64,000 nucleotides of DNA, from the NCBI GenBank assembly GCA_046052125.1, contig JBJOMY010000001.1, forward strand, positions 480,001 through 544,000. Reading direction: 5' to 3'. The notes beneath the pieces are model-generated. The model was not told the DNA's origin. It ran no database searches and saw only the letters and a program-made list of their open reading frames with translations. Source of the DNA: Cyanobacteriota bacterium. Lineage in GTDB: Bacteria; Cyanobacteriota; Cyanobacteriia; PCC-6307; Cyanobiaceae. The position numbers were made by a program, and so were the translations under genes. Of the stretch, positions 17,622 to 26,176 are shown in pieces (position 1 is the stretch's first letter; each line of letters opens with the position of its first letter).

Positions 17622-18059
17622 ATGAACCAATCCTTAGCCAATCTGCACCCCAATCCTGGATGGGACCCGAGCCACAGCCCCATCGGCAAACACTGCATCC
17701 TCGAGCTCTACAGCTGCAGTGCCGACAAGCTCAATGATGAAGCCTTTCTCCGCAGCAGCATCACTTACGCCGTGCAACGGGCCGGCGCCACGCTGTTGCA
17801 ACTGATCAGCCACCGCTTCGACCCCCAGGGAGTGACAGGGCTCGCGCTTCTGGCTGAATCCCACCTTTCGATCCACACCTGGCCTGAATCGGGCTACGCC
17901 GCTGTGGATGTGTTCACCTGCGGCGACCACACGATGCCGGAGCTGGCCTGCCAGGAGCTGGTGGCTGCGCTGGAAGCCGCCCGCTACAGCCTGCGAAGTT
18001 TCCTGAGAGAAACCCCATCCGACGTTGCGGCAAGCGAACGGGAACCAGCGATTCGCTGA
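17622..18059 (+). CDS. speD: S-adenosylmethionine decarboxylase proenzyme family
   Basis: [10 protein letters not shown] and [34 protein letters not shown], with the pyruvoyl-forming ESH site. Confidence 0.93.
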   Translation: MNQSLANLHPNPGWDPSHSPIGKHCILELYSCSADKLNDEAFLRSSITYAVQRAGATLLQLISHRFDPQGVTGLALLAESHLSIHTWPESGYAAVDVFTCGDHTMPELACQELVAALEAARYSLRSFLRETPSDVAASEREPAIR

Positions 18060-18087
18060 AGGGAGAAGCACACCAAAGGGGAGCGGC

Positions 18088-18408
18088 TCAGCAGCAAGGC
18101 GCAGCCGGCGTCGTGCAGCCCGAGGCCAGCTCCCCAAGCCAGGCACGCAACTGCTCGAGTGCTTCGGGCTCTAGGCGGTAGTACACCCAGCGGCCGTCTT
18201 CCCGAGCCGTGAGCAAACCCGCCTCCTTCAGCACCTTCAGGTGAAACGACAGCTTGGACTGCGCCAGGTTGAGATCGCTGGTGAGCTCGCAGACGCAGCG
18301 CTCACCAGAGCCCAGCGCTTCGATCAATTGCAGGCGAATCGGCTCCGCGAGCGCCTTGAGCAGTAAGCGCGCCCGCTCGGGAGTGATCGGCACGGACGCG
18401 ACGGGCAC
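18088..18408 (-). CDS. arsR: ArsR-family arsenic-responsive repressor
   Basis: LKALAEPIRL, ERCVCEL box, QSKLSFHLKVLKEAGL and terminal CC; divergent from gapdh-arsJ. Start uncertain. Confidence 0.92.
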   Translation of the reverse strand: MPVASVPITPERARLLLKALAEPIRLQLIEALGSGERCVCELTSDLNLAQSKLSFHLKVLKEAGLLTAREDGRWVYYRLEPEALEQLRAWLGELASGCTTPAAPCC

Positions 18409-18429
18409 GTGACCTGGAGCACATGATCC

Positions 18430-18445
18430 ATCAACTCTAGTTGAT
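18430..18445. promoter_or_regulatory. ArsR operator
   Basis: ATCAA-CTCTAG-TTGAT (ATCAA-N6-TTGAT palindrome) between the divergent arsR and gapdh genes. Confidence 0.75.
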
Positions 18446-18494
18446 CTATGTTTCGCCCAGGCGTTGTCCAGCCCGGCGAAAGCCGGCAACAGTG

Positions 18495-19520
18495 ATGAAA
18501 ATCGGAATCAACGGCTTCGGCCGCATAGGCCGCCTGGTGTTCCGTGCCCTCTGGGGCCGCCCCGGCATCGAGCTTGTGCATGTGAACGATGCCGCTGGCG
18601 ATGCAGCCACCGCCGCCCATCTGCTCGCCTTTGATTCCGTACATGGCCGCTGGCATCAAGCCGTGCAGGCCAACACCCGCGGCTTTTTTGTGGCGAGCCA
18701 AGCGGTGAGCTACACGAGTGAGAGCGACCCCACCGCCGTGCCCTGGCGTGAGGCCGGGGTGGAGCTGGTGCTCGAGTGCAGCGGAAAGATCAAAACCCCT
18801 GAAACCCTCCAGCCCTACTTCGATGTGGTGGGTCTACCGCGGGTGCTGGTGGCCTGCCCGGTTAAAGGAGTGATCGCCGGAGAAGAAGCGCTCAACATCG
18901 TCTACGGCATCAACCACCATCTCTATGACCCCAACCGGCACCGGCTGGTGACCGCAGCCTCCTGCACCACCAACTGCCTCGCCCCGGTGGTGAAGGTGGT
19001 GCACGAGAGCTTCGGCATCAAGCACGGCTCGATCACCACCCTGCACGACGTGACCAACACGCAAGTGGTGGTGGATGGCTTCAAGAGCGACCTGCGCCGT
19101 GCCCGCTCCTGCCTGCAAAGCCTGATCCCCACCACCACAGGCTCTGCCAAAGCGATCGGGATGATCTTTCCCGAACTGCAGGGCAAGCTCAACGGCCATG
19201 CGGTGCGGGTGCCGCTGCTGAATGCCTCCCTCACCGATGCGGTGTTTGAACTGGAGCGCCCGGTACGTGTGGAGGAGGTGAATGGCGCCTTCGAAGCAGC
19301 CGCCAATGGAGCCCTGCAGGGCATCCTCGGCTACGAAACCAGGCCGCTGGTGTCGATCGACTACGTGAACGACAACCGCAGCGCTGTTGTTGATGCGCTC
19401 TCCACGATGGTGGTGAATGGCACCCAACTGAAGGTCTACTCCTGGTACGACAACGAGTGGGGCTACAGCTCCCGCATGGCGGATCTGGCATGCCACATCG
19501 CTCTACTGGATGCACGCTGA
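18495..19520 (+). CDS. gap3: ArsJ-associated glyceraldehyde-3-phosphate dehydrogenase
   Basis: [21 protein letters not shown] and WYDNEWGYS; its stop overlaps the arsJ start. Confidence 0.95.
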   Translation: MKIGINGFGRIGRLVFRALWGRPGIELVHVNDAAGDAATAAHLLAFDSVHGRWHQAVQANTRGFFVASQAVSYTSESDPTAVPWREAGVELVLECSGKIKTPETLQPYFDVVGLPRVLVACPVKGVIAGEEALNIVYGINHHLYDPNRHRLVTAASCTTNCLAPVVKVVHESFGIKHGSITTLHDVTNTQVVVDGFKSDLRRARSCLQSLIPTTTGSAKAIGMIFPELQGKLNGHAVRVPLLNASLTDAVFELERPVRVEEVNGAFEAAANGALQGILGYETRPLVSIDYVNDNRSAVVDALSTMVVNGTQLKVYSWYDNEWGYSSRMADLACHIALLDAR

Positions 19521-20788
19521 TGGGCTTGACAGAGATCAGCCAACGCCCACTCACGGCGTTGCAGCAATACGCAATCGTGACGGCCAACTACTGGGCCTTC
19601 ACCCTCACCGATGGCGCCCTGCGCATGCTCGTGGTGTTTCACTTCCACGCGCTGGGTTACTCCACTCTGGAGATCGCCTTCCTGTTTCTCTTCTACGAGT
19701 TTTTCGGGATCGTCACCAACCTCTATGGCGGCTGGCTGGGGGCGCGCTTCGGGCTGAGGCTCACCCTCTGGAGCGGCACCTTGATGCAGGTGGCGGCCCT
19801 GTTGATGCTGATCCCCGTGGCCGACACCTGGCCGAAGTGGTGGAGCGTGGCCTACGTGATGGTGGCCCAGGCGATCAGCGGCATCGCCAAAGACCTCAAC
19901 AAGATGAGCGCCAAGAGCGCCATCAAAACGGTGGTGCCCGAAACACCAGACGACCAACAGCGCGGCGACGCTCAGCTGTTCAAGTGGGTGGCGATCCTCA
20001 CGGGCTCCAAAAACGCCCTCAAGGGGGTGGGCTTCTTTCTCGGTGGCTTGCTGCTCACCAGCCTCGGCTTCAACACAGCTGTGGGCGTGATGGCGGCGGG
20101 GCTGCTGCTCAGCTTCCTGCTCACCCTGGTGCTGCCCGCTGAGATGGGTCGCATGAAGCAGAAGCCCGGCTTCAGCGCCCTGTTCTCCAAAAGCCGCGGC
20201 ATCAATGTGCTCTCGCTGGCCCGCTTTTTCCTGTTCGGCGCCCGCGATGTGTGGTTTGTGGTGGCGTTGCCGGTGTTTCTCCAGGCCGCCCTCGGTTGGC
20301 GGTTCTGGGAAGTGGGCGGCTTCATGGGGCTGTGGGTGATCGGCTACGGGATCGTGCAGGCCTCGGCCCCTGCCCTGCGGCGCAGCTGGGGCCAGGCCAA
20401 TCCACCCGGCGTGTCCGCCGTGGAGTTCTGGAGTGGGGTACTCACGGCCATTCCCGCCCTGATCGCCATCGCCCTTTGGCGAGAAGTGGCCCATCCAGGG
20501 GTGGCGATCGTGGTGGGGCTCACGGCGTTCGGCGTGGTGTTCGCGATGAATTCCTCGATCCACAGCTACATGGTGCTCGCCTACACCGATGCCGAATCCG
20601 TGAGCCTCAATGTGGGCTTCTATTACATGGCGAATGCCGCCGGCCGGCTAGTGGGCACGTTGCTATCAGGCGCTCTTTTCCTCTGGGGTGGGATGCAGGC
20701 CTGCCTCTGGATGTCGTGCCTGCTGGTGGCGCTCGCCTTCATCACGAGCACGCGCTTACCCAGCCCCGCTGCCCTCAGGACGGATTGA
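19520..20788 (+). CDS. arsJ: Organoarsenical efflux MFS transporter ArsJ
   Basis: NYWAFTLTDGALRMLV, SGIAKDLNKMSAKSAIK, LTGSKNALKG and GFYYMANA.GRL; follows gapdh. Confidence 0.93.
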   Translation: MGLTEISQRPLTALQQYAIVTANYWAFTLTDGALRMLVVFHFHALGYSTLEIAFLFLFYEFFGIVTNLYGGWLGARFGLRLTLWSGTLMQVAALLMLIPVADTWPKWWSVAYVMVAQAISGIAKDLNKMSAKSAIKTVVPETPDDQQRGDAQLFKWVAILTGSKNALKGVGFFLGGLLLTSLGFNTAVGVMAAGLLLSFLLTLVLPAEMGRMKQKPGFSALFSKSRGINVLSLARFFLFGARDVWFVVALPVFLQAALGWRFWEVGGFMGLWVIGYGIVQASAPALRRSWGQANPPGVSAVEFWSGVLTAIPALIAIALWREVAHPGVAIVVGLTAFGVVFAMNSSIHSYMVLAYTDAESVSLNVGFYYMANAAGRLVGTLLSGALFLWGGMQACLWMSCLLVALAFITSTRLPSPAALRTD

Positions 20789-21158
20789 ACAACTGGCGAA
20801 TCTGTTCGCTCTTCTCCGGGCAGAGCATGGGGCTGTAGTAGCGAACGGCGGCAGTTTCCACCTGTTCGGGGCTGATGCCACGGAAGTCGATCGCCGCCTG
20901 TTCGTATTGCTGAGCCAGCTGCTGTTCCAAGGCCTCACTGCTGGGGAGCTGCCCCACGCTGTCGCAGAGGATCCGGGCATACAACCGCGCTGCGCAGCCG
21001 GTGTGACCGAAGCGGCTTACGCAGCTCTGCAACTCCGGACTGATCGCCTCAGGCAGAGATGGCAACGGTGGCGGAACGGACCCCTGAGCCAGGGCCGGCA
21101 CCACCAGCCCGTGCAGCAGCGCCAGGGTCCACTGCCAGCGCAAGGCGCCGGCGATCAC
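20775..21158 (-). CDS. Hypothetical exported protein
   Basis: Signal-peptide-like N-terminus and four Cys; start overlaps the stop of the upstream ORF. Confidence 0.6.
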   Translation of the reverse strand: MIAGALRWQWTLALLHGLVVPALAQGSVPPPLPSLPEAISPELQSCVSRFGHTGCAARLYARILCDSVGQLPSSEALEQQLAQQYEQAAIDFRGISPEQVETAAVRYYSPMLCPEKSEQIRQLFNPS

Positions 21159-21712
21159 CGAAAACGCTCCGGCTTGCAGCTGCTGAAGCGCTCCACCTCA
21201 TCACGATTCAGCCGCGGTGGTGAACCGGCCTGCAGGAGCTCTGGATGCAGTTGTTGCAGGGAGTTGGCCGCTGCATTGAAGGCCTCGGCGGCGGCGCGCT
21301 CCTGCGCGCTGTGCTCGGCTTCCCAACGCTCACGCCGCTCGCTCTCGGCGAGGCGCCAGGCCTCCATGGCCTGCTCATGCAGATCCTCTTCGGTCTGCTG
21401 GTCGTAGATGGTGAGCCGGCGCTGCTCCTCTTGATCGAGAGGTTTGGGCGGGGCGGTAGGGGCGTAGCTGCTCTGGCGCACCGCCGCCAACTCCTGTTGC
21501 GCCAGCACAAAACGCTCCAGCGCAGCGGGCAACCGCGGCTGGAGCCGCTGGCACAACGCCAACAAACGCTGCTGCTCCGCCAAGCGCTCGCGCTCCTGCA
21601 AGGAGGGCCCGCTCGGCTTGCATCCCGCCACACACACCACAGCCAACAGGGCCAGCAGCCGGAAACGGCGGATCACAGGAACCCTTGGGCTGCCACCACT
21701 CTGACAGGACAA
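21155..21712 (-). CDS. Hypothetical lipoprotein
   Basis: RRFRLLALLAVVCVAGC lipobox-like signal followed by a coiled-coil-rich body. True start is probably downstream of 21712. Confidence 0.65.
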   Translation of the reverse strand: MSCQSGGSPRVPVIRRFRLLALLAVVCVAGCKPSGPSLQERERLAEQQRLLALCQRLQPRLPAALERFVLAQQELAAVRQSSYAPTAPPKPLDQEEQRRLTIYDQQTEEDLHEQAMEAWRLAESERRERWEAEHSAQERAAAEAFNAAANSLQQLHPELLQAGSPPRLNRDEVERFSSCKPERFR

Positions 21713-21799
21713 GCAAGGAACGGGGCTGTTGCCCCCAAATGGGGGTAGCGATGGCCAGCGAGGCGTTCGTAGCTGTACCTAGCCGATCACACTCGATCC

Positions 21800-22018
21800 T
21801 TGGAGAACATCGAAGCCCACCTGGCCAAGCTGAAGGCTGAGCTGGATCAGGCACGCCAGAGCGGCGACACCGGCAAGATCAATCACCTCGAAGGTGAGCT
21901 CAAGGATCTCGAGGCCTACCAACAGCACCACCCCGGTGAGCAGAAGGATCCCTCACCGCTCGAGGTGTATTGCGACCTGAACCCCACAGCCCCCGAGTGC
22001 CTCGTCTACGACGACTGA
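21800..22018 (+). CDS. cp12: CP12-family protein lacking the N-terminal Cys pair
   Basis: C-terminal SPLEVYCDLNPTAPECLVYDD is the CP12 signature. Confidence 0.88.
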   Translation: MENIEAHLAKLKAELDQARQSGDTGKINHLEGELKDLEAYQQHHPGEQKDPSPLEVYCDLNPTAPECLVYDD

Positions 22019-22021
22019 ACC

Positions 22022-22249
22022 ATGAGCCAAGACGCCAGCATCACCATCGGCGAATTAGAAGCCAACTATCAGCTGTATTGCAAAGCGTTGAAGATGTTGA
22101 TTGCGGAAAAACGCACCCTCAACAAAATCCAACGCACCGTGTGCTGGGGGCGCCTGGAGACGTTGCATCACTGTCTGCCGCGGCACTACAAATCTCCGCA
22201 GTATTTATACGCTCAACTCACCCGAGACGGTCAAAAGGTTTCGACCTGA
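22022..22249 (+). CDS. DUF3136-like protein
   Basis: TIGELEANY.LYCKAL...RTVCW.RL.TLH.CLP.HYKSP pattern. Confidence 0.8.
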   Translation: MSQDASITIGELEANYQLYCKALKMLIAEKRTLNKIQRTVCWGRLETLHHCLPRHYKSPQYLYAQLTRDGQKVST

Positions 22250-22300
22250 AGCCAATCGGGTCAGCGGCGAGGGATGATGGCAACAGCCTCCGGCTGAGCG

Positions 22301-22987
22301 ATGGACTTCACGCCCTATCTCGACAGCCTCAGCAGCAGCAACCTCGACGGTGTGCTGCTTTCCGTGGCCGTCCAAGGCAAGGTTGCACTGGCGATGAAAG
22401 GGCGTTTTTTCCTGCGTTGTCTGTGCGAAAGCTTCAGCCAGGCCACGCCCATCGGCTGTGCTGTCACCGATGAGGACAGCTGCCTGAATTACCTCAGACA
22501 AGAGCGCTACGAACTACTGATCTGCACCGACTATCTGGAGAGCGGCAATGGCTTTGAGCTAGCCCGCAAAGCCCGAGAACTGCAGCCGCAGCTCAAGATT
22601 GTCGTGCTGGCGCTCGGTGATGCCATCCCCGTGGAATATGCCGATGCCACCTGGCTGGAGGCCGTGGTGGCGGAAGCGGATTTCATCGAAGACCAGAAAC
22701 CGCTGGAGGCAGCCGTGATGGCCGTGATGGGGCATCACTCCTACCGAAGCCCCTCGCTGCGCTCAGGGCAGTTGCCTTATCTGAGCTGTCCGCGGCTCAC
22801 ACCACGGGAATACGAAGTGCTGGATCTGCTCGCCAGCGGCCTCACCGATCGGGAAATTGCTGAGCAGTTGGTGGTGAGCGAAGAAACAGCCCGCACCTAC
22901 ACCAAGCGTTTGCTCAAAACCCTCGAAGTGAACAACCGCGTGCAAGCGGTGTTGAAGGGGATGCGCTGCGGCATGGTCCAAATCTGA
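22301..22987 (+). CDS. NarL/LuxR-family regulator with atypical receiver
   Basis: C-terminal LTPREYEVLDLLASGLTDREIAEQL.VSEETARTY HTH; receiver-like N-terminal half lacks canonical motifs. Confidence 0.85.
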   Translation: MDFTPYLDSLSSSNLDGVLLSVAVQGKVALAMKGRFFLRCLCESFSQATPIGCAVTDEDSCLNYLRQERYELLICTDYLESGNGFELARKARELQPQLKIVVLALGDAIPVEYADATWLEAVVAEADFIEDQKPLEAAVMAVMGHHSYRSPSLRSGQLPYLSCPRLTPREYEVLDLLASGLTDREIAEQLVVSEETARTYTKRLLKTLEVNNRVQAVLKGMRCGMVQI

Positions 22988-23046
22988 AGCCAGCTCCGGC
23001 CAACCCACCCATACTGAAAACCGCAATCGCCCCTCGGCCTCTGCCC

Positions 23047-23841
23047 ATGCGCTTCCGTCTGTCGGCCCTGATCCCCCTGGCGGCCCTGGGCCTGGGCACT
23101 GGCCTCTCGGCGCAGGCACCGCAGGCGATGGCAGCCCAGCCCGCCTGCCCCGCACCGATGCAGGGGCGCTACGCAGTGATGGGCATGGGCGTGCAGCGAG
23201 GCGGTGCCAGCAACACCCCCACCGCCCACCTACTGGAAGAGCGTTGGCTGGCCGGCGGCAAGCTCAGCGGCACCGTGGTGGAGCGGGTTGGCCGCACCGA
23301 GCGGCAAGCCACCTACAACGGCCAGGCGCGCCTCACCCCCAGCTGCGTGCTGCAACTGGAGCGCACCATGCCCTGGGGTGTCGAGCGCAGCGAGGTGGTG
23401 CTCGATGGTCGCGGCCGGCCGCTCTACAGCCTCAATCGCAATGCGGGCAGCGTGATCACCAGCCGCTGGTTGCCCATGGCCCCCGGAAGCTGCAAGCCGG
23501 CTGATCTCAATGGCCTGGTGCTCAGCAGCCAGGTGGGTCTGAGCTGGAGCAACGGTGGCTGGAGCCCCAATGCTGTGGTGCAGCGCGAGCAATGGAGCGA
23601 GGGCAGCGTGAAGGGCCTGGCCCTCGCGAGCTACGCCGGCGTTGGTGAAACCGCGGCCTACAGCGGCAAGCTCAACCTCGATACCGGCAGTTGCTGGGGC
23701 AGCCTCAACGAGCGCGACGCCCTTGGCGCCAACTACAGCTACCGGGCTCTGGTGGTGAAGGGTCGCAGCGGTGCTCGGGGGTACTACTACCTGCAGCGCG
23801 ATGCCGACGACCTCACCGTGGGTTGGCTGGTGCGCGACTGA
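23047..23841 (+). CDS. Hypothetical secreted protein with tandem duplicated domain
   Basis: Signal peptide plus two roughly 115-aa similar halves (see findings). Confidence 0.75.
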   Translation: MRFRLSALIPLAALGLGTGLSAQAPQAMAAQPACPAPMQGRYAVMGMGVQRGGASNTPTAHLLEERWLAGGKLSGTVVERVGRTERQATYNGQARLTPSCVLQLERTMPWGVERSEVVLDGRGRPLYSLNRNAGSVITSRWLPMAPGSCKPADLNGLVLSSQVGLSWSNGGWSPNAVVQREQWSEGSVKGLALASYAGVGETAAYSGKLNLDTGSCWGSLNERDALGANYSYRALVVKGRSGARGYYYLQRDADDLTVGWLVRD

Positions 23842-23856
23842 TCCAGGGCTGAGCGC

Positions 23857-25980
23857 TCAGAGCACCCGGCCGATCACCGCGGCCTGCTCGAAGCCGGCCG
23901 CCCGCAACGCCGCCAGGGCTGCTTCAGCTCTCTCCGACGGCAGGGCCGCCAAGAGCGGCCCGCAGGTTTGCGGATCAATCCAGAGCTGCTGCATGGGAGC
24001 CGAGGCTGGTCTGGCCAGGCTCACCCCGGCGCCGGGATCCAGCAGCGCCAGGGCCTGCGCATTGGCCGGAGCCAGGCTGCTGGCCAGCCCCTGCTCCAAC
24101 AGCGCCAGGGCCCCGGGCAGCGCTGGGATCGCCTCGGGATCCAGCTCCACCCGCTGATCGGGGCCAAGCATCTCGCCGAGGTGGCCCAGCAAGCCAAACC
24201 CGGTGATGTCGGTGCAGGCCTGGCAACCGTGGGCCGCCAGCAGCTCCACCAGGGGCGCCTGGCTCTGTTGCATCACCTCCAAGGCCGCATCGAGCCACTG
24301 CGGCTGGGCCCGGCCCGCCATCGCCGCCGCAAACAGCACCCCGCTGCCGATCGCCCGGTTGAGCAGCAACACCTGGCCAGAGCGCAGCGGACCTTTGGGC
24401 CAATGGGCCTGGGGTGCCACAGCGCCCGTCACCGCCAGGGTGAGCGCCAGGCCGGCCCCATCGCGCCCCTCCAGGGTGTGCCCTCCCAGCAACGGCGCAT
24501 CAAGGGGATCGATCACCGAACGCACCCCCGCCAGGGTCTGCAGCAGCAGCTCCTCCTGAAGCACCGCGGCGGCCGCAGGCAGGGTGACCACCACCTGCAG
24601 GCTGTGCAGACGGGCGCCACAGGCCCACAGATCACTGCAGGCATGCAGGGTGGTGAGGCGGGCATTGAGCCAGGGGTCATCCACCAGGGCCGGGAATCCA
24701 TCCACGCTCTGCAGCAACAGCGCCCCACTGGCGGCGCGCTCGAGCGGCGCGGCATCTTCCGGTCTTGGCGCCTCGCCGGCTGGCGCCAGCCGTGCCAAGG
24801 CCGCGGCCAAGGGAGCCGCCGGAAGCTTGGCCGCGCAACCGCGGCAGGCCATGGGCTCAAAGGCGGCCATGGCGGCATCGGAGCAGAAACCGTCCATGAA
24901 GCGGCGATCAATCCGCTCTTTCCAGCGCCAGAGCCAGCGGGATGGCCCCCAGTGCCAGGGCCCATACACAGCGATGGCCTCAGGCGGAGCCGGCGCCTGC
25001 CAACCGCCATCGCCCAGCAACTGCAAAGCCCAGCGCTGCGGGCGCCACGAACGCAAGGGGCGATCGGGCTGGGTCAAAGCCCGCTTCAGGTTCTCCGCGA
25101 GCACCGGCGCGGCCCGCACGGCCCACACCCCTGAAGGGGGGCGGGGATCAGCGGCGATCACGGCGCAATCACCGCTGGCAAAGAGCTGCGGGAAGCCCTG
25201 CACCGCCAGGCTGGCTTCGGTGAGCACACGGCCTGTGGCCAGCTCCACCGGCAGGCCGCTGGCCGCCAACCAGGGCGGCGCCTCGCTGCCAGTGCAGGCC
25301 AGATCAGCGGGCTCGTGCTCAGCGACGCACCGCCGCACGGCAATGCCGGCGCGGGTCAGCCAGCGTTCGGCGGCCCTGTTGCTTGCGGCCGATCCCAGCT
25401 GCAGCTGATCGCCGCGAAGCAACAATGTCGGAGCCAGTCCGCGGGCCCGCAAAGCCAGCGCCAGTTCCACCGCCGCGGCCCCACCCCCGCGAATCCGCAC
25501 CACCGGATCCCGGCCAGGTGTGAGCCACTGATCGAGCCAGGCCAGAAACGGCTCCAGCGGTTTCACCCGTTGGCTCGCGCCAGCCTCAACACCGCCAGCT
25601 GCAGCGCTCCAGCGGGTCTGGCAGCCCACGTTGAGGCTGAGCACGTTGAAACGCAGTGGGGGCCTGCCCTGGAGCTGCAGTTCGTTGTGGAGGGAATCCA
25701 CGCCGCTGATCTCCGCTTGCACAAAGCTCACCCCAGCCCGGCGGCACAACTCGCGCAGATCGATCGCGCAGGCTTCACGGGGAACGAGCCCCGCCACCAG
25801 CGCCGGCACCATGCCCGAATAGAGGGCGGTGCTGCAGCGATTCACCAGCGTCACCGCCGTGGCAGCGGGCCGGGTGTGGGGCCGCATGATCCAGCGGCGC
25901 AACAGCAGGGCGTGGGTATGGCCGCCCCCAGCCAACACGAGCATCCGCCGCGCCAAGGAGGCCTCAGGGGCGGGCCGCAA
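23857..25980 (-). CDS. selD: Selenide, water dikinase fused to an N-terminal FAD-dependent oxidoreductase domain
   Basis: N-terminal LVLAGGGHTH, YSGMVP and FASGDCA; C-terminal MACRGCAAK, QSVDGF, SDLWA.G, GGHT, TDITGFGLLGHLGEM and DPQTCGPLL. Start is TTG 25980 or ATG 25944. Confidence 0.92.
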   Translation of the reverse strand: MRPAPEASLARRMLVLAGGGHTHALLLRRWIMRPHTRPAATAVTLVNRCSTALYSGMVPALVAGLVPREACAIDLRELCRRAGVSFVQAEISGVDSLHNELQLQGRPPLRFNVLSLNVGCQTRWSAAAGGVEAGASQRVKPLEPFLAWLDQWLTPGRDPVVRIRGGGAAAVELALALRARGLAPTLLLRGDQLQLGSAASNRAAERWLTRAGIAVRRCVAEHEPADLACTGSEAPPWLAASGLPVELATGRVLTEASLAVQGFPQLFASGDCAVIAADPRPPSGVWAVRAAPVLAENLKRALTQPDRPLRSWRPQRWALQLLGDGGWQAPAPPEAIAVYGPWHWGPSRWLWRWKERIDRRFMDGFCSDAAMAAFEPMACRGCAAKLPAAPLAAALARLAPAGEAPRPEDAAPLERAASGALLLQSVDGFPALVDDPWLNARLTTLHACSDLWACGARLHSLQVVVTLPAAAAVLQEELLLQTLAGVRSVIDPLDAPLLGGHTLEGRDGAGLALTLAVTGAVAPQAHWPKGPLRSGQVLLLNRAIGSGVLFAAAMAGRAQPQWLDAALEVMQQSQAPLVELLAAHGCQACTDITGFGLLGHLGEMLGPDQRVELDPEAIPALPGALALLEQGLASSLAPANAQALALLDPGAGVSLARPASAPMQQLWIDPQTCGPLLAALPSERAEAALAALRAAGFEQAAVIGRVL

Positions 25981-25983
25981 GGG

Positions 25984-26172
25984 TCAGTCCACGTTCAACT
26001 GGCCGTCGTCATCCCAGGTGAGCAGCGAGGGCAAACCATCGCGTCCATGGGATGAACCCACCCGAGCCACCCGCGCGGGGCCATTCACCAGCGGGATCAG
26101 TCGCCCGAGCTGCTCGGTGATGCGCTCACTAGCCGCCTGGTGGTCGGCGGAGGGCTGGGCCTGATCGGTCAT
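25984..26172 (-). CDS. Small hypothetical protein
   Basis: 62-aa ATG ORF starting immediately after the tolC stop; in the same frame as selD. Confidence 0.5.
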   Translation of the reverse strand: MTDQAQPSADHQAASERITEQLGRLIPLVNGPARVARVGSSHGRDGLPSLLTWDDDGQLNVD

Positions 26173-26176
26173 GCAC

